Notes under the pieces: generated by a model | What the model saw: the letters and a program-made list of their open reading frames with translations, nothing else | The model's database searches: none | What the model was told of the DNA's origin: nothing | Position numbers and translations under genes: made by a program | Source: a virus | Virus record (IMG/VR): IMGVR_UViG_3300021197_001203 | Coordinates: 32,001 to 96,000 of that record | Direction: 5' to 3' (one strand) | Length of the DNA: 64,000 bases | Part shown: piece after piece, positions 17,001 through 26,458 of the stretch | Numbering within the stretch: the stretch's first letter is position 1 | How the letters are laid out: each line of letters opens with the position of its first letter

Positions 17001-17735
17001 GACTTAGGTGATGCTGTAAAGAATCAATTAATGGCTGTCGAGACAGAAGAAGAGGTCAAAGAAATAGCGATTCTTTATCAGACCCGTCAAGCATGGTTGG
17101 ATGGTTTCAGACACAAGAATGAGGAAGGTGAATATGAATTGCTTGAGCCTAGCACCAAAGAACAAATTGACGCTTTGTATGTCCCATTACCTAATTCAGT
17201 CGTTCTTGATGTGATAGAGCAATTACAACCAGTATGGGGTTATCATTGGTCAAAGGTAGTAGGCAATCTTGATACTGTGTCTGATCAGATATTTCACATA
17301 ATGAACCACGACAATAGGAATCCATTGTCAGTCAGTTTCCATAAGCATGGTATAGACGGAGATAGAACCATGCAGAATTGGATGGGGGACAACGGACTGG
17401 GACATACATCAATGAGTATGAATGACGTGATAGCCTACCGACTTACAGACGGCTGGGTGTATCACAGTTGCAGAGCTTTAGGATGGGCGTGGTTGCCTGT
17501 TATTCATCAGGCTCAAGGGGCAGAGAATATGACTCGCTTTGAAAAGGTAAAAGCAATGATTAATCTTGATACAAACAGGATTCCGCTTCAAGAGGGAGAA
17601 TTAGAATTGATTGAGGCTATGGTTAATGGTTTTAACCATCCCCGTATCAATGACTCATGGGGGGAACTCAATGAAGATGGAATGTTTTGGGCTACAAAAG
17701 CCATGGAAACTCTGAGTCATGAGGTGATCGAATGA
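14019..17735 (+). CDS. 1238-aa acidic early protein, mosaic of modules separated by repeated TVVxE[SAV]R linkers
   Basis: Long ORF with five copies of the linker motif. Confidence 0.85.
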   Translation: MSMTEIMNVMRMILGSLLPSVFGQKAGLEMTVMSEARIGEAADQLYHTDLVLIQQELRTLSHVVITNEWTGEHPKRTDMTHGLEAQMKVDRLIKASATLETYANGCECIECKFVVAKEMPSLKNVVLGTPVSSFTWTGTGMVEEAITPDPALELDVPITEDEIRYHMKKWNGVIRSTFVWQHKMNAAELIEDLRKASYPAAGYEPTYVGGGSDAEHDWVEANYNFDSEYDREKNRMNASMVVVNEARTANGYNLDRDRTIHDVQPVVKSMKEVEGWTQEMLYIIIRDSTNASDRVEAAEMLVELKQKQLHSYLKDNLKPSVFRAVDFVIGCMPSDLDLNTTVVQESRVNDEELRGFQDYRMGATHQATDGLYYETPLDECLWQILDREDVEANCGLEEGEITEAAWKQFLALHKDAFASAVCALASEYYNDYHTPKDDLSDTVVQESRTRMSYMFKEGDEYPVSVANKSQAHKMLVHMIAHASGDGTPIAIVVANTYADEAFDIPMETPHSGDELLHGTYQAVKEVRDGQSVHVQLSRDDERFDHTTVKTSHVWDRRTLTNSDINRLREQWNRELDGLDSDSRFFPYSITGARAASSLIGQLLTKAEDDDYGGSVMVNVLCAEYKAEQVLRVYNLKDEFGDQIMSQAAGYNLPMTDVSLLEMSHSVPLIGYREAKNTFISLDGGRWSLSWAITGSYDDMTNESPRIEISNHYVIDKSIRDLCDHILTRKDSGRLLTTGQVKSDVLVKATSKENTYLVSDHQLKIVKKDLADLRSAAQLSLDDTVVHEVRLDIPDEHWDTLMETLLLDTETMAIEPSERDRIREALDSVETVNPFFDRGQLHCGFDVLKNPLYRISLADAINVCKAGGLVWLANESQDNYGGEDSRHYSYPVENHEDLYDYEDSEELLIVLEPMFYNKHGNLLEGHILPNSKDGVWKVSLTLARDARHRLADETHFDEEHIEGEIKSWLEDIDYRVLECDIIDVSNIPNANDGVYDLGDAVKNQLMAVETEEEVKEIAILYQTRQAWLDGFRHKNEEGEYELLEPSTKEQIDALYVPLPNSVVLDVIEQLQPVWGYHWSKVVGNLDTVSDQIFHIMNHDNRNPLSVSFHKHGIDGDRTMQNWMGDNGLGHTSMSMNDVIAYRLTDGWVYHSCRALGWAWLPVIHQAQGAENMTRFEKVKAMINLDTNRIPLQEGELELIEAMVNGFNHPRINDSWGELNEDGMFWATKAMETLSHEVIE

Positions 17736-20599
17736 GCTGGAAAGTAATTGAGCTAGCCGACTCAACACCAGCACCTGCTATGGATGGTGATGAATCCTTT
17801 GACACTATGGGGGGTTATGCACATACAAGTCTATACGAACGTGCGGTCAAGCTGGGCGCATGGTGTCCTTCAACAAACAAAGACGGCTTCATGTGGTCCA
17901 TTGAACAAGCTGAGATATTAACTAAGACTCAAGTCGATTTAGTTAAATGGACACACTACGGAATACCTTGTCGTGTTTCGATCAATAGTGTTGCAGGTAG
18001 TGGTAAAACTACACTGATTGAAGGGATTGCCAAATTGATTTGTAATATGGGGCTAGGCAATCAGAAGATAATCATGACAGCCTTTAACACCCACATAGCA
18101 AAGGCATTAGGTGATGTGGCTAAGTCTCTCAAGAAGAGTGGTCTAACAGGCTTCAAATCAATGGGTTATAGCAACACAGCCTCAGCTGGTGGTCGTGAGC
18201 TGTTATTCAAAATGATAAGGGCTAATGGTATGACACCTATTCAGGATGACCAATACAAATACAGGAGTCTCAGTCGCCAAGTGTTTTCTGAGATAGCAGG
18301 AATGAAAGAGATGTTGATAGGCATAACAAGTCAGCATGAAGAGATTAAGAATCCAGTGGCTGGATGGATGAGTGGCACTAGGGCTATTGAACACCTAGTA
18401 AGTGCATCAATGGCCAGTGGGATAATTACAGAGACAGAAGGTAGTATTGATTCGATCAAGAAATTGATTACAAGTGAACACGGACAACGTGATGATGTAG
18501 TATTTCTAATTAGTTTCCTCGGTGTTGATGCAGTGGCTAATGCTGTTGAACAAGTCATAGAGAGGGCTATGGACACTTTGGTGTCAGACATAGTGTATAG
18601 AGCAGACAAGGATGCAGTAGTGCCTGATTCAGTCTCAGGCTACTATTCACGCAGGTCATTAGTATCAGTGGCCGAATTACTAGCCCAGCCCAATGGACAC
18701 CAAATACACAGGCAGTTAGGTGTGGACTTTCCATACAGGAAAGAAGTGCCTAAACAGGTAATGAATCATGAGCTTGGTAGTTTAGCTAAAGTTCAGAATC
18801 GTGGTGGTGTATCAGGCACTTACAAAGTATTGATCGAAGATGTTGATGATGGGTCAGCTTGTTTTAGGTCAGCTAGCTATGCAGCATCTAATATTGTCAT
18901 GGGTAGTGTTCAGGACATAGAAACAAGGCTGGGAGTTTCGTTTCAATATGTCCCTCGCAATAATCAGGTTGTTCTTCGTAATTTAATCAGGACAGCCTCA
19001 GAAGACAACCAAGCACCAGTGCCTGAATGTCAATACAGATACATTGTATCTAAGGACAGGGCACAAATATTGAAGGCTATTATTAACGAAGTATTAGGTG
19101 CAAAGAATGTCGAATATAGCAGTGAAGAGGTTCTTACGACAGGAGTCGCTACATCAGGCAGCAATGCCACTGTGCCTGTGTCGATGCAGGACTTTGTGTA
19201 TGGTTGTGTTTATCATAATCTAACCGACCCAGCACCAGCGGCTATGATAATGATTGATGAGGTGCAAGACTTTTCTCAATTACAAGGTAGGTTCTTACAG
19301 TGCTTTTCTAGTTCTAATACTTCTATGATTTGTGTGGGTGATGTTAGACAAAGCTTGTATCTATTCAATTTTGCTAACAGTAAAGCGACCAAGATGATCA
19401 TAAATGATTTCAATTGTGATGTGATGCCTATGACTATTTGCTGGCGAAACAGTAAGAATGTAGTCTATGATGTTCATCAATTTGTCAATCAATGTATTGC
19501 TGAGGCGGGGGTTGATGGTTATGATAAATACAAGTTATTGAATGCTGGTATGGGTGATTATTCAGCACATAAATGTCCTGATGCGGATTACTGGCCTGAT
19601 GGTAAAAGGTCTGTTGTTATGCCAGCGCATTTGCTACCTTATGCGGCTCAATTAGGAGATATAGTGTCGTGTAGGATAAATGCGCCATTGGCTAAATTAG
19701 CTTTGAGGACGCTAGTGGATGGTGAAAAGAGTATTACATTACCCGCTGGTAAAAAGGGAATAGGTGAAGAGGTTATGTCAATAGTCAAGGGTGGCTTGAG
19801 ATATAATGGGGCGCATCAAGGATTCGGTTTGTTAAATGGTGATGAAGCTAGAGAATATCTCGATCATGATACAATAGAAAAGAGATATGATTCATACATG
19901 GACACTAACTATGAAGCGGCGGTAAAGAGGTGTGGTGGTGATTTGACAGCGGCTAAAAGTGAGGCTACTTATGTAAAGCTGGCCGATATTGCTGATGCAG
20001 CTCAGACGTTGCTTCATGGTTATATTGACAGAAGAGGCGAAAGTGGGACAGCACCAATGGCTAAGTTTGAGGGTTGGTTGAACACTTTATGCGGTGAAAC
20101 AGAAGGCAGGTCAGGTCATGATAATACTATCAGATTTGCATCGGTTCATAGGACAAAAGGCGCACAAGGCAAACAGGCATTCGTAATAACTGATCGAATA
20201 AACCACGAAGGTCAATTGAAACCCACGTTTATGTTGCCACATTGCATGAATAATGCAGCCGAGGTCGTGCAGGAAATAAATGCAGCTTATGTAGCAGCAA
20301 CGAGAGCCATTGATAGAGTGGTCTTTGTTTCCTTCTCTCAAGCACTAGCTGATAAATATCCAACATGGGAATCATTCAGCTTAGTATGGAATCAAGAGAT
20401 AGAAGAAGGTCAGAAGGTTGTAGCAACACAGAAGATAATTGACCAAGATAACGAATATGGGGTCATAGCTAACACTGGCGATTCAGGAGAGGTTATCCAT
20501 GTAGCTGAGGATGGTTTTCCTTGCGTTAGATTTGAAAGCGGTTTAGCTACCGATGTATCATTCGACCAAATAGTGGAGGCGAACAAGCACGATGAGTGA
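17732..20599 (+). CDS. UvrD/Rep-family superfamily 1 DNA helicase
   Basis: AGSGKTT, TAFN, IDEVQD, VGDVRQSLY.F, CWRN, SVHRTKG, YVAATRA. Confidence 0.9.
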   Translation: MSWKVIELADSTPAPAMDGDESFDTMGGYAHTSLYERAVKLGAWCPSTNKDGFMWSIEQAEILTKTQVDLVKWTHYGIPCRVSINSVAGSGKTTLIEGIAKLICNMGLGNQKIIMTAFNTHIAKALGDVAKSLKKSGLTGFKSMGYSNTASAGGRELLFKMIRANGMTPIQDDQYKYRSLSRQVFSEIAGMKEMLIGITSQHEEIKNPVAGWMSGTRAIEHLVSASMASGIITETEGSIDSIKKLITSEHGQRDDVVFLISFLGVDAVANAVEQVIERAMDTLVSDIVYRADKDAVVPDSVSGYYSRRSLVSVAELLAQPNGHQIHRQLGVDFPYRKEVPKQVMNHELGSLAKVQNRGGVSGTYKVLIEDVDDGSACFRSASYAASNIVMGSVQDIETRLGVSFQYVPRNNQVVLRNLIRTASEDNQAPVPECQYRYIVSKDRAQILKAIINEVLGAKNVEYSSEEVLTTGVATSGSNATVPVSMQDFVYGCVYHNLTDPAPAAMIMIDEVQDFSQLQGRFLQCFSSSNTSMICVGDVRQSLYLFNFANSKATKMIINDFNCDVMPMTICWRNSKNVVYDVHQFVNQCIAEAGVDGYDKYKLLNAGMGDYSAHKCPDADYWPDGKRSVVMPAHLLPYAAQLGDIVSCRINAPLAKLALRTLVDGEKSITLPAGKKGIGEEVMSIVKGGLRYNGAHQGFGLLNGDEAREYLDHDTIEKRYDSYMDTNYEAAVKRCGGDLTAAKSEATYVKLADIADAAQTLLHGYIDRRGESGTAPMAKFEGWLNTLCGETEGRSGHDNTIRFASVHRTKGAQGKQAFVITDRINHEGQLKPTFMLPHCMNNAAEVVQEINAAYVAATRAIDRVVFVSFSQALADKYPTWESFSLVWNQEIEEGQKVVATQKIIDQDNEYGVIANTGDSGEVIHVAEDGFPCVRFESGLATDVSFDQIVEANKHDE

Positions 20600-20858
20600 G
20601 GGGACACAGGACACACCTGCATGGGCTAAAGCAGCTCTAAAGGTCAAAGGAGTAGGGGTTGGAACCCCTACCCCCGAAGACTGGGATGGTAGGTGTGATT
20701 CTTGTGGTCAATCAGGCGTTTGCCACCACCCTCATGATCAAGTCGTATGGCGACTTAATGAGAGTGAAGTGTGCTTAAAATGCAATCAATTACTACATGG
20801 TAGCCCCACAAAGGATGAAGAGAGATGTGCTTCTTGTGGCCGACTATGGTGTGAATGA
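20592..20858 (+). CDS. Zn-finger protein
   Basis: CDSC..C, CLKC, CASC. Confidence 0.65.
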   Translation: MSEGTQDTPAWAKAALKVKGVGVGTPTPEDWDGRCDSCGQSGVCHHPHDQVVWRLNESEVCLKCNQLLHGSPTKDEERCASCGRLWCE

Positions 20859-20902
20859 TTAAATAGGGTGTATTCCCTAGAGATTGATGTCCTACGTGGA
20901 CA
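20859..20902 (+). promoter_or_regulatory. early promoter class A (TTAAATAGGGTG) plus hairpin TGTCC-TACGT-GGACA
   Basis: Repeat of the motif at 13949. Confidence 0.6.
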
Positions 20903-20917
20903 GGAGTATGATGAGAT

Positions 20918-21799
20918 ATGATTAATGAACAAAATATAGAACAACAACAATACGATGAAAACTTGTGTATAGCTTGCGGCTATAAGTCGCTTGAATACTG
21001 TGATGACACTAGCTTAATGCCTAGTGAATATGCTAGAAGGATGATTTGCACGTCATGTGGTAAATCCACCGAGTTTTACGGTGAAGTCATTTGGACGCAC
21101 TTAGAGCAGGATGAGAGACATGATGAGATTACAGACGACTGTGCTGACCTGATAATACAAGCGACAAAAGTAAACCAATTGATTAGTAATTGGTGTGAGC
21201 CTTTAGAAGAAGTAATAGGGAGTTTTATTGGTTATGATCGAGAAGATTATGTGGCTTTAGATTCATTCGTAAATGCTGAATATTTTACCAAGTTTTTCAG
21301 TATCAAGAATATTGCCAGCTACTATGATGACACAAAATGGTCGCATGGACCCCATGTCCACCGTAATCGTGAGGATGGTAAAGTAGCAATGACTGATTTT
21401 ATGGCGGCTACTTTCGGCAAGATAAGACTACTAGGTGTAGGGATAACCACCGAAGTCCTATGGAATTACTTATGGTTTCACACTGAAAACTACATAGAGA
21501 CAAGATGTCAAGATGAGGATGATGAAGAGATTTATGAAGAATACATAAACTGGTTGAAAGGTTCTGTAAAACCAGCTTTATCGTTTATACATGAAAGAGA
21601 GTTTGCTTACGCATCTAACCTAGTGAAGAATAACACACATATGAATAGTAGCTGGGCAATTAAACACATGAAGCCGTTTAGCTTAATGCAACAAGCGATA
21701 GAATGTGCCATACGAGGGGACATAGAGATGTTTGAAGAGAATAGAAGAGAATTGAGCAATGAGTATTACGAAAGAAGGAACGGGGGGCGATATGTATGA
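20918..21799 (+). CDS. hypothetical protein with N-terminal Zn ribbon
   Basis: 293-aa ORF; CIAC..CTSC. Confidence 0.75.
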   Translation: MINEQNIEQQQYDENLCIACGYKSLEYCDDTSLMPSEYARRMICTSCGKSTEFYGEVIWTHLEQDERHDEITDDCADLIIQATKVNQLISNWCEPLEEVIGSFIGYDREDYVALDSFVNAEYFTKFFSIKNIASYYDDTKWSHGPHVHRNREDGKVAMTDFMAATFGKIRLLGVGITTEVLWNYLWFHTENYIETRCQDEDDEEIYEEYINWLKGSVKPALSFIHEREFAYASNLVKNNTHMNSSWAIKHMKPFSLMQQAIECAIRGDIEMFEENRRELSNEYYERRNGGRYV

Positions 21800-22302
21800 G
21801 TAAAGCTGTGTCGATCAGTCTTGAAGAGATGGATGCTTTTATGGAGGCTCAATTCTTTACTAGATTAGAGCCTGACCAAGTGGGGCATACTTGTTATGAG
21901 TGGGTCTATGAACAAGAGATGAATCATAGATATGCCCCAAACTGTAAGATTAGAATCTATTCAAGTATAGACCGTAATGGTGAATCAAGAGCTAAAGGTT
22001 CGGATGCAATAAGAGTAGTATTGACAGACCCTAAAGGCTATCCCTTCTGTAAAGCTTTCAAGCGTGTGCATAGAGTCAAAGGCTGGAGGCTTAACCTGTT
22101 AAGAAGATACGAGCCTGTGTTGCATGAGCCATGGAATTATACGTGGGCTGAGGAATACTGTTGTCCTAAGTGTAAGAACGGATTGCTAAGGACACGTTGG
22201 GGTAAAAAGGGTAGCTTCATGGGTTGTTCTAATTATCAATTGAGTAATCCCGATCCATGTAAATATACTGAACCCGTAATATTGCAGGAGGTATTACAAT
22301 GA
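21796..22302 (+). CDS. protein with C-terminal topoisomerase-type C4 zinc finger
   Basis: CPKCKNGLLRTRWGKKGSFMGCSNY..CKYTEP. Confidence 0.75.
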   Translation: MSKAVSISLEEMDAFMEAQFFTRLEPDQVGHTCYEWVYEQEMNHRYAPNCKIRIYSSIDRNGESRAKGSDAIRVVLTDPKGYPFCKAFKRVHRVKGWRLNLLRRYEPVLHEPWNYTWAEEYCCPKCKNGLLRTRWGKKGSFMGCSNYQLSNPDPCKYTEPVILQEVLQ

Positions 22303-22523
22303 AAATAGACTTAAGCGAAACAAAACCTGTGTATGAATTACACATTTGGTATGATAAAACAGAACCACCATTAGGTGAGTTCGATGAGTTTGTAAAGTAT
22401 GAAAATGCTAACGAAGCGATAGAAGCATATCACAAATTAGATTGTGCATACAAGATACTCATAGAGTATGCAGGTGATGATGGTGATGTGTTGTTGGAAC
22501 ACAGCAGGGGTGATGACAAATGA
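22299..22523 (+). CDS. hypothetical protein
   Basis: 74 aa; GGAGG RBS; ATGA overlaps; loosely resembles 29434..29679. Confidence 0.65.
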   Translation: MKIDLSETKPVYELHIWYDKTEPPLGEFDEFVKYENANEAIEAYHKLDCAYKILIEYAGDDGDVLLEHSRGDDK

Positions 22524-23059
22524 ATATATTTATCTTAGATGAAATACCAAGAATGGCGGCAAAATATCACTGTGATATTCACGTCAATAAAATGATATTA
22601 GAAACAACACAGATGTTATCAACGTGTTTAAGATTGAATGGTGCTGATGATGAGTGGATGATAGAAAGAGGCATTACTACCAAAGCAGGAACGCCATACA
22701 AAAAGACGCACCAACATCACCCAGCTGTGAAGTGGGCTTCTGAAACTAGAGATAATTTTGATTGGTTATCGGACTTAGGTTATTGGCTATTGATCGAATA
22801 TCATTTTCGCTACGACAAAACACACGGCTGTGAAAAACCTTTGATGAATATCATAAGATTAGACATAAATCAAAGTCATCTGATCAAAGAAGGTGAAATG
22901 ACCGACTTTGCTCAATGTATGCCCGATGAATACAAAGTCAAGGGTGATGCGGTAGCAGCTTATCGTGATTTTTACATCAATGATAAAGCTGGATTTGCTA
23001 AATGGAAACATAGCACCCCGCAACCTGATTGGTGGCCTCATGAAGAGGTGGTGGCGTAA
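22520..23059 (+). CDS. pyrimidine-dimer DNA glycosylase (DenV/Pyr_excise-related) family protein
   Basis: MNIFILD..AAKYHCDIHVNKMILETTQMLST..HQHHPAVKW..EY..RY.K.H..AQCMPDEYK..AYR.FY. Confidence 0.75.
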   Translation: MNIFILDEIPRMAAKYHCDIHVNKMILETTQMLSTCLRLNGADDEWMIERGITTKAGTPYKKTHQHHPAVKWASETRDNFDWLSDLGYWLLIEYHFRYDKTHGCEKPLMNIIRLDINQSHLIKEGEMTDFAQCMPDEYKVKGDAVAAYRDFYINDKAGFAKWKHSTPQPDWWPHEEVVA

Positions 23060-23376
23060 TGGGATGGTGGCCATTAGACTTAGAAACAGGCAACATCAAG
23101 TGGGGTAAAACCCCACCACATGATATGATGTGGGGTGATGCGGTTGCTGACGCTATGGACAGGATAATGGAAAATGCGTTAGAAGAAGCCATGGTTCAAT
23201 GTAAGGCTATCTTTGAATCCTTAGAAGGCGAGCCAGTGATGACTCCTTTGGAGTTTTTATCGGGTATTGCCTTTTCATTGAATACTGTTGAAGAATATGC
23301 TTTCAGCCCAGCTTTCAAAGAAGCGTTGGGTGGTTATACATTACAAGTTAAATTAGTCAAAAAGGAGGATGAGTGA
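23059..23376 (+). CDS. hypothetical protein
   Basis: 105 aa; TAATG coupling. Confidence 0.7.
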   Translation: MGWWPLDLETGNIKWGKTPPHDMMWGDAVADAMDRIMENALEEAMVQCKAIFESLEGEPVMTPLEFLSGIAFSLNTVEEYAFSPAFKEALGGYTLQVKLVKKEDE

Positions 23377-23377
23377 T

Positions 23378-23512
23378 ATGCCTATATGGAAAATATGTGC
23401 AAACTGTGGGATGCCTGACGGCGGGACGACAGAATGCTGGCGTGTTGAAAAGGGCGCAAGGGTTGTGTTTCCAGCTGGGCACAGCTTCTTCGATCAGGAG
23501 ATGAAAAAATGA
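23378..23512 (+). CDS. 44-aa Cys-containing microprotein (MPIWKICANCG...), not in the ORF track
   Basis: Manual translation; fills the gap; ATGA overlap with 23509. Confidence 0.55.
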   Translation: MPIWKICANCGMPDGGTTECWRVEKGARVVFPAGHSFFDQEMKK

Positions 23513-23859
23513 CTCGGTATGAATACACTTGTTTAGCTTGTAATGAAACTGTTTTGTTGCGAGGCGAGCCTATGCACAATGACCTTTTGGAAAAGGGTCA
23601 ATGTCCAGCTTGTGGACATAGTGGCAGCTCTATATGGGATTACCGCTATCCTGAACGGACACCCTCTTTTGACCCGTGGAGTAAATGCCCTACTTGTAAT
23701 AACAAACAAGGTTTAGCCCTCAAGGTCTTAGTGAAACATAATCCCGATTGGAGGGGCGTGGACAGATGTTTTCGTTTTTGCAGCCCTAAGTATGGTGGTT
23801 GTGGTGAAAAGTTCTTTGAAGATGGAATTGAAGGTATTGAAGGTGATGAAAATGAATGA
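23509..23859 (+). CDS. double Zn-ribbon protein
   Basis: CLAC..CPAC..CPTC..C..GCG. Confidence 0.7.
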   Translation: MTRYEYTCLACNETVLLRGEPMHNDLLEKGQCPACGHSGSSIWDYRYPERTPSFDPWSKCPTCNNKQGLALKVLVKHNPDWRGVDRCFRFCSPKYGGCGEKFFEDGIEGIEGDENE

Positions 23860-24115
23860 TACAGAAAAACGCTGGGTAAAGTATGCACAAGAGCATTTAA
23901 CGGGCAAAACAATCGTTTCAGTTAGATACCTGACCAAAGAAGAAGCAAAGGGTATGTATTGGACAGCTCAATGCCTTGTGATCACGCTAAACGATGGAAC
24001 GGTGTTATTCCCTTCAAGAGATGATGAAGGCAACGGTGCTGGGACAATGTTCGGCAGAACAAGCAAGAATGGCGGTGCTGATTTGACATTTCCAGTTCTT
24101 CAAATCTATGACTGA
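23852..24115 (+). CDS. hypothetical phage protein (PSRDDEGNGAG motif)
   Basis: Likely start ATG 23852 after GGTGA. Confidence 0.7.
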   Translation: MNDTEKRWVKYAQEHLTGKTIVSVRYLTKEEAKGMYWTAQCLVITLNDGTVLFPSRDDEGNGAGTMFGRTSKNGGADLTFPVLQIYD

Positions 24116-24124
24116 GGTGATTAA

Positions 24125-24328
24125 ATGAAAGATAATGAGTGGGGGACTAGGTTTTGGTCGCCTATGCCACAGCCGCCAAGAGAACCGCAGGATGAAGATG
24201 TAATGTCTATTCACTTGTGTCCTGTGTGTGAACGAAGATTAAGGCACCCTCAAGACCTAAAACTAGGGCTAAAAAAGGATAGTTTGCTACAATGTGATGG
24301 TTGTGGCTGGTGGACTATTTTGAAATAG
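24125..24328 (+). CDS. Zn-ribbon protein
   Basis: CPVC..CDGC; GAGGTGA RBS. Confidence 0.65.
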   Translation: MKDNEWGTRFWSPMPQPPREPQDEDVMSIHLCPVCERRLRHPQDLKLGLKKDSLLQCDGCGWWTILK

Positions 24329-24344
24329 TTTTGATCGAATCAAT

Positions 24345-24356
24345 GTGAGAGGTTAA
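24345..24356 (+). promoter_or_regulatory. promoter class B GTGAGAGGTTAA
   Basis: Recurs at 34927 and 42298; ends 28 nt before the leaderless thermosome ATG. Confidence 0.55.
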
Positions 24357-24383
24357 TAATAACACGACAATCGGTCAGCCTAC

Positions 24384-26018
24384 ATGGGACGAGATGAACA
24401 ACCAATATATGTATTGAATCAAAACATAGACCGCAAACAAGGCAGGACAGCACAGCGCAGTAATATAGCTGCGGCCAAAGCAGTAGCTGAAGCTGTTCGA
24501 TCAACATTAGGGCCAAGCGGTTCTGATAAGATGTTGGTATCAGGAGAGGGTAAAAGCGTCATAATAACTAATGATGGTGCTACAATACTGAGAGAGATAG
24601 ATTGCCAACACCCAGCGGGACAGCTTATGATTAGTGTCGCTGAAGTCCAAGAAGAAGTAGCTTATGACGGCACCACAAGCTCGGTTATAGTAGCAGGTAG
24701 TCTATTAGCTGAAGCTGAACAATTAATATCCAAAGGCATACATCCCACTACTATTTGTAAAGGTTTCAAGAGTGCTTCTAAGGTTGCGTTAGAAAAAATT
24801 AAGAGTCAGGCTAAAGATGTTGAAATGATGATGGAGGCTTCAGACCTTGAAAAAGAGGCGGCTCTGTCTATGATTGCTAAAACCGCATTAACTGGTAAAT
24901 CCGCAGAGAGTGAGATTGACCAAATAGCAGGATTAGCTATTGATTCAGTCATGAGAGTAGGTGGAGAGGGTAAAGCGGATTTGGATGACATTAAGATATT
25001 GACATTTTCAGGTGCTAGCTTTGAAGACTCACATATTTTAGATGGAGTGCTTCTTGAAAAAGAGCCAGTGCATAGTCAGATGCCCACATCAGCGAGTGGT
25101 AAAATATTGTGTCTAACATCTGATATTGAAGTTAGAGAATTAAAACAAGAGACTACCCTTTCGATCACAGACCCAAACGCACTAGAACAATTTCTAGCTA
25201 AAGAAGAGGCGGCCTTGTTAGAGATGGTTGATGCTATAAAAGCGTCAAAGAGTAAAATTGTGCTGTGTAAAGGGGCTATTGATGAGTTGGCCCAGCACTA
25301 CTTACAGAATGCAGGAATTATAGCTGTGAACCGTGTGAAAATGTCAGACCTTCAATTAGTTTGTAAATCCACAGGGGCAAAGCTAGTCAATTCTTTGAAA
25401 GATATTAGTCAGAAGGATTTAGGAGATGGTGCTACCGATGTAGTGGAGTATGGTGATCATAAATGCCTACACATATATGGCGAAAACGCCAACAATCCTT
25501 CACCTGTTTCAGCTGTTTTACGAGGTGTTAGCTCTCATACAGCCGAAGAGTTAGAACGAGCTTTTGATGATACTGTGGGGGTTGTTTCCGTTGCTTATAT
25601 TAATAATCAATTTTTAGTGGGTGGCGGGGCATCATACATGGGTTTGTCAAAGGAATTGAATAGCTATGCAAAGTCTGTTGGTGGACGTGAACAAATGGCC
25701 GTTGAAGCGTTTGCTAGAGCATTAGAGAGTGTCCCAATAACATTAGCCGAGAATGCTGGTGCTGATGCCGTTGATGTTATGATTCAGTTGAGGCACGTTG
25801 TCGCTAATAATCCCCGTTCAGTTCACGGTATTGACATGAGTGGTAAAGTAAGTAATATTCTAACCGAGAAGGTCATAGAGCCAGCGATAGTCATCGAATC
25901 AGCAGTTAAATCGGCTACTGAAGCAGCTGTGTCTATTCTGAGGATTGACGATGTTTTGAGTATGAAGCCAGCTGGTGGGCCTATGGGTGGTATGCCTAGT
26001 ATGGGTGGTATGGGCTAA
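24384..26018 (+). CDS. ths: thermosome subunit (group II chaperonin)
   Basis: STLGPSG.DKML, ITNDGATIL, DGTTS, GIHPT.I, GGGA, LAENAG, ILRIDD, Gly-Met-rich tail. Confidence 0.97.
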   Translation: MGRDEQPIYVLNQNIDRKQGRTAQRSNIAAAKAVAEAVRSTLGPSGSDKMLVSGEGKSVIITNDGATILREIDCQHPAGQLMISVAEVQEEVAYDGTTSSVIVAGSLLAEAEQLISKGIHPTTICKGFKSASKVALEKIKSQAKDVEMMMEASDLEKEAALSMIAKTALTGKSAESEIDQIAGLAIDSVMRVGGEGKADLDDIKILTFSGASFEDSHILDGVLLEKEPVHSQMPTSASGKILCLTSDIEVRELKQETTLSITDPNALEQFLAKEEAALLEMVDAIKASKSKIVLCKGAIDELAQHYLQNAGIIAVNRVKMSDLQLVCKSTGAKLVNSLKDISQKDLGDGATDVVEYGDHKCLHIYGENANNPSPVSAVLRGVSSHTAEELERAFDDTVGVVSVAYINNQFLVGGGASYMGLSKELNSYAKSVGGREQMAVEAFARALESVPITLAENAGADAVDVMIQLRHVVANNPRSVHGIDMSGKVSNILTEKVIEPAIVIESAVKSATEAAVSILRIDDVLSMKPAGGPMGGMPSMGGMG

Positions 26019-26281
26019 TGCCTATACGTGCAAATAAAACATTAAGATTAAGAAACAAATTAATTGCATTCTTAAAGGTGCGAGGCACTGCTTCTTCAAG
26101 GCAATTGCTCGATCACTTCAACTCAACGACAAGACAAGGCTCAACCATGAATAGCATGACAAACGTGCTAGCAAAAGACCCTAGATTCAAAATAGTAGGA
26201 CATACCAAAGTATCAAAGTTTTCAGGTAAATACTCTATGCTAGTGTGGGGTCTTTCAGGTGAAGAAGAAGAAGAAGAGTGA
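26018..26281 (+). CDS. small winged-helix DNA-binding protein
   Basis: SSRQLLDHFN..SMTNVLAKDPRF..W pattern. Confidence 0.6.
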   Translation: MPIRANKTLRLRNKLIAFLKVRGTASSRQLLDHFNSTTRQGSTMNSMTNVLAKDPRFKIVGHTKVSKFSGKYSMLVWGLSGEEEEEE

Positions 26282-26353
26282 TACGTTGTGCAACGTGCAT
26301 CATTTGAGAGTCAGAAGAGAAACTAAGTGTAGGTTATGTGGTAGGTCATATTC

Positions 26354-26458
26354 ATGAGAAATAGAAGAGCTTGCAGGTGGTGTGGAGGCAAGGTCGATCA
26401 CAACCATGATAGGAAATATAGGTGTGAAAATTGCCCCCCAAAATGGAACGCACGATAA
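26354..26458 (+). CDS. 34-aa Zn-ribbon microprotein (MRNRRACRWCGG...CENC), not in the ORF track
   Basis: Manual translation. Confidence 0.5.
   Translation: MRNRRACRWCGGKVDHNHDRKYRCENCPPKWNAR

Noticed and set aside
17732-20599. Intein in the helicase
   Set aside because: No N-terminal C/S block with a C-terminal HN-C/S/T junction and no LAGLIDADG motifs seen.
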